From Gracilinanus agilis (taxonomy: Eukaryota): a stretch of 64,000 bases of DNA. This document shows positions 12,351 to 23,345 of the stretch, piece by piece. The notes under the pieces are model-generated. The model searched no databases and was not told where the DNA came from. It was given only the letters and a program-made list of their open reading frames with translations. The first letter of the stretch is position 1. Every line of letters starts with the position of its first letter. The stretch is taken from assembly GCF_016433145.1 (NCBI RefSeq), contig NC_058134.1, positions 4,437,395 to 4,501,394 on the forward strand. The letters run 5' to 3'. The position numbers and the translations under genes were made by a program.

Positions 12351-12751
12351 TGGCTAAGGCCCAGGGTCACCCAGGTTTGAAGTAGCCAACTCCTCATTCC
12401 ATGCTCAACCAGAATGTATTCTGAGCCAGACAGTGGCCTTGTTCCTAGAGACACAGATCCAGAAGGGAGATAGTCCTTGACTTCAAGAAATTTCCCTTCT
12501 CCTTGGAGGAGACATGTGGTTGGAGAAATGGCACTAGCAACTGTGGAGGGTGGGGGGAGAATCTGGAAGGAGGGATGCTGGTTAGGACCTGGAAAGGAGT
12601 TGGAGATTTCAAAAGTCAGAGATGAGGAGAGAGCATTTCAGGCATGGGGAACAGTCTGTGAAAGAGCACAAAGGGGGAAGACTGAGAATCATATTTGGGG
12701 AACAGAACAAAGGCTGACCAGTTTTGCTAGATATAGTTGAACTGTTGTCAT

Positions 12752-12995
12752 GGACAGCTAGTTGGCACTGCAGTGGATAGAGTACTATACCTGGAGTCAG
12801 GAAGAGTCATCTTTCTAAATCTAGCCTCAGATAGTAAGTAGCTGTGTGACCCTAGGCACATCACTTAACTCTGTTTGCCTCAGTTTCCTCATCTGTAAAA
12901 TGAATTGGAGAAGGAAATGACAAACCACTCCAATATCTCTGCTAAGAAAATCTCACAGTCACAAAGAATTGGACATGACTGAAACAACTGAACAA
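12752..12995 (+). mobile_element. MAR1-type CORE-SINE with RTE-related tail
   Basis: MIR-like head and core, then ggagaaggaaatgacaaaccactccaatatc...ggacatgactgaaacaactgaacaa. Confidence 0.82.
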
Positions 12996-13601
12996 TATGA
13001 GGGGAAACATCATCCTTACGATCATCTAGTTTCCAAATCCTGGTGTCAGATTTCCCTTGGCTTCCCCTTTCCCATTTTCTGAATTTGATTAGTCAATTAA
13101 TTTATCTTGAAACTTCCTTCCTAATTTCTCTCACATTTTCAAATTCTTTCTTTTCTATTTCTACTGTTAATATCCCTGTCCACACACTCAAGATTTTGAT
13201 TGGACTTGGACTCCAATATTATACTTGGATGTTGGAAAGGCCTCTTAACTAGTAGCCTTCTTTCCATTCTCTCCTTTCTTTAATTTTATCTCTCTTTCCC
13301 TTTCAGCTTGACTTAAAAGTGTCACATTGCTTTAGCAGGTCCCTCTGCCTGACAGAATGATGCCTAAACTCCTTAGTCTAGAGTCAATGATTTCTTCAGT
13401 TTGGCCTTCGCTCTTAACATGTGTCTCCTTACATGAACCCTCTGTCCCAGGAAAATTCTTCTCCTCTTTGACAAATTCTTAACTTGTCACCCTTCATTCC
13501 AAACTTTCTGCATGCTCTCTCCCCCACTCTAAGTTGTGTTTTTCCAAGAGTAAAAAATTAAATTTAAGTTTTATGTTAATATGAGAATTCTGTAGTAATA
13601 T

Positions 13602-14343
13602 TGTGGTTGCTGATTTAAAGATATAACTTAAGTCAAAATCAACTTTTAGTAGCTTTATTTAAAAAAGAGGTAGAAAGAGTGAAAATGGAAAAAGGTAACT
13701 AAAGAGACAGGTTTTAATAAACCTACTAGCCCTTCTCCAGTGAAGTGAGGCTCAGTCCTTCAGGGGCTTCCCCATGTCTCGTATTGTTTTCAACTATAAT
13801 TCCACCAATGCAGCCTCCTCCAAAGCCAAAGTAGGAATCTCAGGAACCAATCTCTCCAAAAGTCAGGAAAGAAAGGCCAGCTACTCACCTACCCAAGACA
13901 AATCCCAAAGGAGAAGACCAAAGACTAAGTCCCAAGGTGAAGTCCTCCAGCACTAAAGTCCAATGGAGAAGATCCAGAAGTGGTTCTCCAAGAAGCAGTC
14001 CAAAAGCCAAGGTCGAAGGTCCAAGCCAAAGATCAAGTACAAAGCCACCTCCAAAAGTCAAGTCACCAGGAGAAGCCCCATGAACAGGAAGTTCAGGACT
14101 TTTTATAGTCCTTTTTCCAAGTCACTTTCTGTCCCTTCCTCCACTTTATGGGAATCAATTGCAGTCTTTCAATATGCTTAGCACTGCCAAGGGGGTGGTC
14201 AGTGGCCTCTGGAGTTTTCACCCACTTTAGTAAGTGACTTTTGAACTCTCTTACTTAATGTTAAGTAGGGATGTTTAAGTTTTTGGTTGATTAACTTAAA
14301 ATTGATGATTGATAGGCAAAGAAAGTTTGATTCACTCTTCACA
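13602..14343 (-). mobile_element. Solo LTR (~740 bp) inserted in an L2 fragment, same sense as THSD7A
   Basis: On the minus strand: TGTGAAGAG...CAACCACA termini, TATA-like ctataaaaag (14108-14100) and AATAAA (13659-13654). L2 sequence lies on both sides. TSD not resolved. Confidence 0.7.
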
Positions 14344-15393
14344 TCACCTATTCTTCAAAGTCCAGCTCAAGTCCCCACTCCCTCCACAATGTCTTTCCTG
14401 ACTATCTCTGTGAGCTTTCTGTCTCCCAAAGCTTCCTAGATCTTATTCTTCTGGTTACTTATCTGTCACTTATCATACACTGCCCTATGGTATTGGTGTA
14501 GGCACTTATATCTGTCCCTAAATTGCGATGTCCTTGGAAACTGTCTATTTTAATTATTTTTGCTTCCAGTGCCAGATTTGGATGTCTGAAAGAATAGTAG
14601 CTTCACGGAATTTCATCATAGATCTAGGGCTGTCAAGGGCCTCAGAATAGAGATCTAGTTCAAACACTTCATTTTATATACATGGAAACTGAGGCTCAAG
14701 GATATTATTAGCTCATCTGGCCTAAAGTGACAGAGATAGTAAGTAAAACGGGTAAGTTTTGACCCCAGATTTCTGAATCCAGCTGCAACCTTTTTTCCAC
14801 TGTGCTGTGTGCTCAATAGATGCTTATTGAGAGTTTCAAATGATTGTTACCTACTTAATATAAGAAAGCTTCTGTTTATGTTGCAGAGCTATTGAGTGTG
14901 CAGTTTTCAGGAACCAAGGCAGCTGAACCAGCATGGCCTGACACCCCAGGGTTCCTGAACCAGGATCACATTCCATTTGTAAATGGAATGTCTGGCAGAT
15001 TTGGAACATGCTGAACACCAGGGTATGGACCTCCCTCAAATGCAGGAGCCATCTCCCATTGACTAATTCCATCAGACAGCATCTTGCTAAGAGACAAAAA
15101 GTCTGTTTGATGAGTGGCAAAGGTCTCTGGGGTGGGGACGGGGGCAAAACAAATCGATTTGCATCATGGAAACAAGTGGGATCAATACCTAGACCCACAG
15201 AGAACAAAAAGAGAATGGGGTGGGGTGCAGAGAGGAAATGCTGATAAAGCTACACAATTCAGCGCACAATCATAGCTTTCATTTGGGAAGGTGTTTGAGG
15301 AGCCAAGTAGTTTTGGCATGCTCTTGGATTTCTAGTTTAGAGGAGCAGTGCGAAGCCATCCACCTACCCATCCTTACATGAGCTGAAACAAAA

Positions 15394-15781
15394 TACATTA
15401 ATAATCCTTTAACTTGAGTTTTCCCCTTGGCTTATCTCCCTCCCTGATTATGGAAATGTTTCCAAAGTTACCTCCAACATCCCTTTCTGTGTAATTAGGA
15501 TTTGTTCCCCAGGAGCCTTTCTCCCAGCTTCCCATGTTCCTTCTCTCGTTACATGCTACGGTAGGGAGGATGTAAGTTTTGTGTAGCTTCCCCCTTTACT
15601 CTCTTCTCCCAGAAACATGGCTGTGGAGGTAGAGTGAGCTGAGAGGCAGGAAAATTTTTCTCAGGTGTTTTTTACTCAGATTTTTTTTACTTTTTTCTTT
15701 TTTTCTTCTGCTTCAAGTAATTATTAGTAAACTTTATAAAATATTCTATTGGAGTTATTGGATATTAATTTAAATTTTACA
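15394..15781 (+). mobile_element. 5' LTR of ERV-like element copy 1
   Basis: Ends ttggagttattggatattaatttaaattttaca. Shares blocks (tgtgtaatta..ttgt.ccccagga; ttggagttatt.gatattaattt) with the LTR at 43989-44732. Confidence 0.65.
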
Positions 15782-16369
15782 TTGTTCATGACCAGAAGTC
15801 TGGAGTTATTGGACCCTAGCTCCCCTCTAAGTTGGAGAGCAGTTTTTAAGGACAGATTAACTTTAGAAGTCTCCCACTGTTTCTGCTGTCCACAAGCTAC
15901 TGCAGTTTGCACCATTGCTCCCCTTGCTCCTGCCACAGCCTTCTTACTGCTGCTGTTTGCCTGAAGGTATGAGAGCTGTTTGGAAGCACTTTCTTTTTTC
16001 CTTCTGGAAGGGTGAGATCCAAATCCCCTTGTGCTATCCCTTCCTATACCCACTCAAGCCTGTGCTAGCCACTTTTCAATAGGGGAACACAGCGAGGATC
16101 AGCCACTTACACACTATCCACTCCAATCCCAGCCTGGCTGACCCAGGGAGGCTACATGCTCCTGAATGTTGGGGTGGGGACTGAGGTGTCACAGGGCCAC
16201 AGATTTTACTCCTGGCAGGAAGGGGAAGGAAGGTTACTCTTCCAAACCTCTTCACTTTACGTCTAGCCAGTACACATTAGGCTAGCACCACCTACAAAAA
16301 GGAAGTAGAATTGCAAGCATGGCCCACTATGAAAGAGCAGTGAATTATTGCTTTAGGATGTCTTTTCTG

Positions 16370-16930
16370 TAATACAGGTTTTAGCATCGCCATGTTTGGC
16401 TTAAGCCAAACCTGTCATTTGCCCTGGATAGAATGTTGAGGGTTGCATGAGACACATGACAGATACCTACTGGTAGTTGAGCTGAGAGTATAAAAGGCCC
16501 TAGAAACCCAGTGGGTTCTGTTTCACCCTAAGCACTTACTTACCCCTAATCCAACCCCCCGGGCCCTGGATAGAGAGAGCGGGAACGTGGGAAATTAGGC
16601 CTTAGGATAGAGTAGGGTTTTAGGAACTATCTTTAAGAGCTAATCAATATTATCTATTATCATCATTTACAAGATTAGCCAATAGATATATCAATTTGCT
16701 AACCAGAGACCACTTTGCTCTGGCCGAGGGCTGGCAGCCCTCTGCCAGCCAAGACCTTCCAAGGACCTTCTGCCAGCTTCAGCCAGTGAATCCATAGCAG
16801 CAGATTAGTGTTACCAAGCCCTCTTACCATTGCTTTGTTCCTGCCCCAGTGACCAATAAATTCCATAGCCTTTAACCAGAGAATCCTGTGGTTATTCTTT
16901 TATCATCTGAGGCTGAGGAGGACCGGGAAC
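16370..16930 (+). mobile_element. Second LTR-like sequence nested in the ERV-like internal region
   Basis: gtataaaaggccc TATA-like site, ccaataaattcc poly(A)-like site near the 3' end, and U3/R/U5-like layout. Exact ends uncertain. Confidence 0.55.
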
Positions 16931-17283
16931 AAGAAGGGAATTCTGAGTGGTTAAGGTTCAAACAAACTCCATAGTCGAGGGGCAGGAAGTTCTACATTCA
17001 CTTCCTGCCAGTCTCCACTGCCATAACCAATGGGAGGCTGTTTTCTCAGCAGGGAGGGGCCAACTGCCTGACACCTTAAAGGATCCTAGTGGTAACAGTG
17101 AGGTTTCACTGGGCACTGAGCTTTCAGAGTTTGGATCCTTGTACTTTCGTAAGCAAGTTTCATACCCAACTGAATTTGCCACTCCAGCATAACAACCAAC
17201 ACCAGTCTCCTGCTAGCCTGTTACTGGCTCAAGGCCCCTTTGACCTCACTGCCTTCATAACATTTCTTAATACTGTTCCTGGG

Positions 17284-17466
17284 GGGGGGCAGCTGGATAG
17301 CTCAGTAGAGTGAGAGCCAGGCCTAGAGACAGGAGGTCCTAGGTTCAAACCGGGCCTCAGCCACTTCCCAGCTGTGTGACCCTGGGCAAGTCACTTGACC
17401 CCCATTGCCCACCCTTACCAATCTTCCACCTATGAGACAATACACCGAAGTACAAGGGTAAAAAAA
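17284..17466 (+). mobile_element. SINE1-type element, full length, inside ERV copy 1
   Basis: TSD aatactgttcctggg (17269-17283 / 17467-17481), A tail. Confidence 0.93.
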
Positions 17467-18700
17467 AATACTGTTCCTGGGAGTACTTATTGGATACATT
17501 GCATTTGATACCTTGAGTAATCTCGAGATTCAGAGGGGAGATTCATCTCCCTATACACCCTTGCCATTTTGGCCTGCCCAGTCTCTTCAAAACATTCAGT
17601 ATGGGGTTTGTCCATAGTGCCCAGTGCAGGTATAGAGAACCCTAGCAGTGTGACCAAAGGAATCTAAACGGATGATGATATTAAGGAGGTGAAGGAACCT
17701 AAAAGTGTCTGGAGGTGAATTTTAGACTCCACTGCTAATTGTTCCCCTCCAAATAGTGAAGGGGTCTCTGTAACACAGCTATCGGAATTGGAGAAAAGGA
17801 CTCTTGAATTCAGTGCCTATATCCTGTCATATATATTGTATTTGCTGATTGTTTGCTTTAATATTTAATTTTGTTTTTTGAGTTCACATATTGATCTAGT
17901 TTAATATTTTCTGTTACACTGTCATTTTCAACTACTGTATTTTGGCCATTAGCTATACATTCTTTTACATTGTCTTTATTTGTACCCTTCACCTATGACT
18001 GGACTGAAGAAAATACCATTATAAAAGTCCATAAACAACTTGGACAAACCCATTTCTGTGGAAAAAAACATAGGTTTCAGTTCTTATGGATGCTGGGTTT
18101 GTCATCAGATCCTTTGGGGACACATGTTGCCTAAACAGCCTTTTGTTCCTTTTTGTCTTTGTTAATTGTCATATAGATGATGATGGATGGATTCCATCAA
18201 ACTAGTTACAACCTGTATACAACCTTTGGAGAATTTAAAGAGCTAAAAATTTCAATTGACTTTAAGGGGTCTTCTGAAGTGATTTTCAGATATCTAGTAG
18301 CACCACTACCTCCAACTGATTATTTGTCTGCCTTTCACTTGTTTTTAACAAGAGGTAAGTATCTATTTAGTAGTTGAAGTAAAGTACAATAGCACTATTG
18401 TATTCCTCACCTCTGCATTTATTAAAAATGTAATGGATGAGACACCTGAAGTGATTTTCACTATTGTAGTCCTTGCCTCCACATTGCAATGGATGGGACA
18501 TATAAAGACATGACTTTTATGGCTGTTACAGTCTCATACCAGAGGATGGAGGTTTACCAAGCAACTTTATTACCCCGTGATGGGTTATAATCTCATCTGA
18601 GAGGTAGGAAGGTTTTCCCAGGGGGTTTTGTAATCCCTAGATAGGATTTTATATTTGTACTTCATAGTTTACTCTACCCTTCCACCAGAATGGTATAGAT

Positions 18701-18904
18701 CAGTGATGGGCAAACTTTTTAAAGAGGGGGCCAAAGGAGAGGAAATGCTCATCTGTCACTCTGTTTCTAAGGCAACTCTTTCGAAGTTTCATTGTATTTT
18801 ATCCTATTCATTGTATTTGTCAGATTAGGAATAATGTCGAGTGGCTGGATAGAACATTTCAGGGGGATGTATCTGGCCTGCTGGCTGTAGTTTGCCCATC
18901 ACTG
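18701..18904. mobile_element. hAT/Charlie-type MITE, family A, inside ERV copy 1
   Basis: TIRs CAGTGATGGGCAAACT/AGTTTGCCCATCACTG, TSD gtatagat/gtctagat. The empty site is present in ERV copy 2 (aatgatctagattctt, ~42471). Confidence 0.92.
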
Positions 18905-19516
18905 GTCTAGATTCTTGGTGACATTTTAGAACCAAAAGGTTTTCATCAGCAATACAGAGGGCTCTCCTGGGCTCTCCTGCCACATTTTGGAATTATGGCA
19001 GTAATAGATTTTGTTAAAAATATCTTTGCCAAGGTTGAAAGATTGGCTAGACCTGGAGAACTTGTGATAACTATCCATGAACTTCAGAGGTTTTTTTTTT
19101 TTTAATGTCATATAGCAACTCATGTGAACCCTATATGATAGTGGGTTTGTTTGCTATTGTCATTAACTGGGCCATTGTGATTTTGGGGATTTTGGTACTT
19201 CTTTGACTATATATTAGCTGCTGTACTACTGTTTTTAAAAAGCTGTTACTTAGGGAAAATTATGTGCACTCACACTGTAGATCATGGCCAAGTTAAAAAG
19301 GAAATAGATCTCATTTTGGATGAGAAACCTTTGTATTGTGCCTCTCCTTGGCTAATACAGTGTGTCACTGATTGTGAACTATATATTTTTGATTTTTTAA
19401 AAAAATTATCATTGTTTTTCCTTGTATGTACACTAGAGTGTTTGAGTTTTCTTTTTTCTCTCATTTTTTGTACTTGAAGCACATGTTACCGGTATTGATG
19501 GTTTTTTAATTTTTTT

Positions 19517-19709
19517 CTTTTTTCTTTTTTTTTTTTTAACCCTTAACTTCTGTGTATTGGTTTATAGGTGGAAGAATGGTGGGTGGGCAATGGGGGTCAA
19601 GTAACTTGCCCATGGTCACACAACTGGGAAGTGTCTGAGGCCAGATTTGAACCCAGGACCTCCCATCTCTAGGCCTAGCTCTCAATCCACTGAGCTACCC
19701 AGCTGCCCC
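19517..19709 (-). mobile_element. SINE1-type element inside ERV copy 1
   Basis: Flanks tggttttttaatttt / tggttttttgatttt. Absent at the homologous position in copy 2 (~43195). Confidence 0.9.
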
Positions 19710-20109
19710 TGGTTTTTTGATTTTGCACTAGGGTAAGTTTAAAATATCCCCATTTTGCAGATGAGGAAATGGAGGTAAAAAGAGCTTAAGTGACTCGATT
19801 AGGATGATATGGCTAGTAAGTGTTTCCCAATGGATTTGCACTCAGATCTTCCAGACTCCAGGCCCAGGACTCTATCCACAGGACCACTAGAATTAAAATG
19901 TCTATGAGGAAGTCCACCTCCAAGACACAGAAGGATATAGTAAGAGAAGATATAGTGGTTCTCAATTAATTCAATTGTCAAGGCCCTCGGAAACACCACA
20001 GCATCAAAGATTTCAGAGCTGGAATGGCCATTAGAATCATCTTTTCCAACCTATTCCTGAATAAATTTCTGTTCTACAGTAGCTTTGACAAATTGCTCTC
20101 CCATCTTTG

Positions 20110-20385
20110 CTTGAAGAATGACAACAATAATGATAGCTAGAATTTATAAAATACCTTAAGGCTTGGAAAACACTTTCCATATGTGATCTCATTTGATCCT
20201 TCTAACAAACCTGTGAAATAGGGGATATTATTAGCCCTACTTAACAGATGAGGAAACAAAGGCTTAGAATGGATGTAACTTACCAACAGTCATCACATAG
20301 CCAGCAAGTCCTTGGAGTAGGATTTGAATTTAGGACTTGCTGACCTTGAGGCCACCATTCAATCTGCCCCACCACTTGGTGGCTA
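20110..20385 (-). mobile_element. MIR
   Basis: gtgatctcatttgatccttctaacaaacctgtg...acagatgaggaaacaaaggct...gatttgaatttagg. Confidence 0.75.
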
Positions 20386-21539
20386 AAGAGCTCTAATGTG
20401 CCTTCAGAGGCAGCCCATCCTATTTTTGGTGAGTTCTAATTATCATCACGTTATTTTCTAACATCAAGCCAAGATGTATCTCTCTGCAACTTTTACCCAT
20501 TGTTTCTAGTTGAGCCCAGAGTAGAATGTGATTCCCATTCCATCGAGGTATTCATCTAAGACTTCTTGGCATGAGCCTTACTGCTGCCCCAATTCTCTAC
20601 ACCTAGAACTGCACCATCTGGACCAGACAGCCAGAAAATATGTCCCCAGGCTCTGGAGGAATTAATCTGTTTCAGTTTTGGAACTTTCACCCTGGAGCTG
20701 AGCTGTTATGATTGGTGAGTGAGTGCTCCTCCTCCGCAGCCCACTATATCTAGCCGGGCTCAGTCTACCCCATATTTCACAGCCTGACTGGCATCCACCT
20801 AGGGCATCTTCCCATGTGGGCTGATGGTACAGTACACCTCTTTTCAAATGCAATGTTGTCTGCCTCTTGCTTTAGGAACTAAAGTCAAATGATTATAAAT
20901 AAAGCTCCATTGCTCTGTGGATCATGTCACCCTCCCGGGAGATCCCCAAGCCAAAGACCTCTTCCCCGATCGCCACTCCCCAGTTCTATACAGTTGCCCC
21001 CTGTTGGCCCATAAACTCCTTGGGGGCAAAGACAAGCTTCTTTTGGCTTTGTTTTCCAGTATCTAGTATGGGGCCTGGCATGGATGAAACAGTTAATAAA
21101 TGCTCATCCATTCATTCATTCCTTGGAGCCAAGGAGACTGTCTAATTCCTCCTCCAAGGGACATTAAATACTTAGAGATTATTTTTATGTTCTCCACTGA
21201 ATCGTATCTAGGATAAGCTTCTCTTTTCTTGGGCAAGGAAAGGCCTGGCAGATACAATTGCCGAGCCGCTGTTGGCAATCTTTGAAACCATCTGGAAGGG
21301 CTGCAATCTGTACAGGTGGGCGAACCATAAAAGCATGGGATTCAGAACTGGAAGGTAGCTTAGCATTCATCTAGTTCAACCCCATCAGTTAATAGAGAAG
21401 GGAATGGAGGTTAGAGAGCTGGAGTCTGTTGCCTGAAGTCATGATGCTACTAAGCGTCAAAACCGAGATCAGAACTCCACTGGCTTCAAACCCTGCTGCT
21501 GTTACCATTACGCCATGCTGAGAGCTCCTATGAGCGTAT

Positions 21540-21790
21540 GAGGCAGGTGCTGGTACAGTGGATGGAGCATTAGGGTTTGGAATCAGGAAGACTCAAGTTC
21601 AAATATGGCTTCAGACACCTACTAGCTGGGTGACCCTGAGAAGTCACTTAACCTCTGTATGCCTCAGTTTCCTGAACTGCAAAGTGGAAATAATAATAGT
21701 AGCTTCCTCCAAGGGTTGTTTTGAGTATCAAATGAGATGAATGTTTTTAAAGTTACTTAGCCCAACGCCTGGCACTACAGAAATGCTCAT
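21540..21790 (+). mobile_element. MIR
   Basis: ggtacagtggatggagca...gaagactcaagttcaaat...gtgaccctgagaagtcacttaacctctgtatgcctcagtttcct. Confidence 0.8.
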
Positions 21791-22192
21791 TCCAGTGCCA
21801 CGTCCCACGTGAAAGATTCCCTTATGCTTCACGTTATTCCTGTCCATGCTAGGCTAGGGCTAATGTAGCTCTCCACCTTGTCCTGCGCCAGTGCAACATT
21901 TGCCACGTAATAGGACGTCACCCAGATACCCGCCGAGGAGCCTGGGAGCTTGGAGGGCAGGGACTCTGTTCGCTAACTTTTGTTACTTCTTCACTTCTCA
22001 GCCCAGGAACGACTTAAGAAAGATCTGGGGGGATAAATGAATGGATGCTTTTCCAGTTCTGAGGGGAGATAACTTTGATTACAGGAAACCGAAAAGCTTC
22101 TGCACAGACTACAGTAATAATGTACTGAGGATGAAAAGGAAAGTGGTTAATCAGGGGAAAAAATCTTCATATTGAGCTTCTCATAAGGTTTT

Positions 22193-22311
22193 TTTGTTTT
22201 ACTTTGTTTTGTTTTTAACCCTTGTACTTCAGTGTATTGTCTCATAGGTGGAAGATTGGTAAGGGTGGGCAATGGGGGTCAAGTGACTTGCCCAGGGTCA
22301 CACAGCTGGGA
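22193..22311 (-). mobile_element. 5'-truncated SINE1-type element
   Basis: TSD tcataaggtttt (from 22181 and from 22312). Confidence 0.9.
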
Positions 22312-22419
22312 TCATAAGGTTTTACTATCCAAGATATATAAACAATAGATATCAATGTATATGTGTGCATATATTACATATGTGTGTATATTATATATGT
22401 ATATAACTATATATACTTA

Positions 22420-23345
22420 TAATTAGACAATTACATATCTAAAACTAATGGCCATTCCCCAATAGAAAAATGGTCAAAAGATATGAACAAGTATTCACAA
22501 AAGAACTGCAAAGTATTCCCAACCTCTTGAAAAAATGCCCTAAATCCCTAATAATTAGAGAAATGCAAATCAAAGCACCTCACATCCTGAAAACTGGAAA
22601 AAATGACAAAAAATGATAAGTCCGTCTCGGAACGATAGGATAGGTGCATGGATACATGGCTGGTAGAGCTATGAAGTGGCTCAACCATTTAGGAAAGCGA
22701 TTTGGAATTATGTAAATAATGACTACTATATTCCTACCCTTTGAACCGGAGACTCCATTAAGGGCCTCCACCCCAAGACATCTATCAATAAGAAAATAAG
22801 AACAAAGTCCTCATGTACGCCAAATTATTTCTAGAAACACTTTTTGTGATTGCCGACAATTGGAAACAAAATAGACGCCCAACCACTGGAGAACGGGTAA
22901 ATGAATCGTGGCATGTGCATGTGATGGAATATTATCTTATATGAAAAAATGATAGGTATGATGAATAGGGAGGGTCACAGATAAAGCTATCTGAATTAAT
23001 AAAGAGTGAAGTAACCAGCACTAAGAAAACAATATACACAGTGACTCTAACAATGCAAATGGAAAGAACGGTGACACACCAATATATAAAAAAAGGACAA
23101 AGTCCTGAAAATCCAGGAGAACTTGCAATTAAGAGGGAGGAGACACTCTCCACCCAACCTCCCATTCATGGGAAGGTGGGAAGTCCACAGGTATTTGACA
23201 CATCACGTATTTGTGGACTTGTTTAATGTATCCATCACTTGTGCTAATTTTTTTTTCCTCAAAAATCCTATTTGTTACATGAGATGGCTCTCTGGGAGGG
23301 TTAACTACAGTCATGTAAGAAACAGAAAATATTCATGAAACTAAA
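22420..23345 (+). mobile_element. Old L1 3' fragment (ORF2 end and 3' UTR)
   Basis: aaatggtcaaaagatatgaac...agagaaatgcaaatcaaa...ttggaaacaaaatagacgcccaaccactggagaac. Confidence 0.8.

Larger units (their letters stand above)
15782..19750 (+). mobile_element. Non-autonomous ERV-like internal region, copy 1 (3'-truncated, with nested insertions)
   Basis: Follows the LTR directly. 17512-19750 aligns by eye with 41420-43235 at roughly 85-90%. No long ORF. It ends abruptly at a MIR fragment. Confidence 0.7.

Noticed and set aside
13774-14181. Lys/Ser/Pro-rich ORFs
   Set aside because: They lie on the antisense strand of a solo LTR with short internal subrepeats. The composition reflects the repeat.
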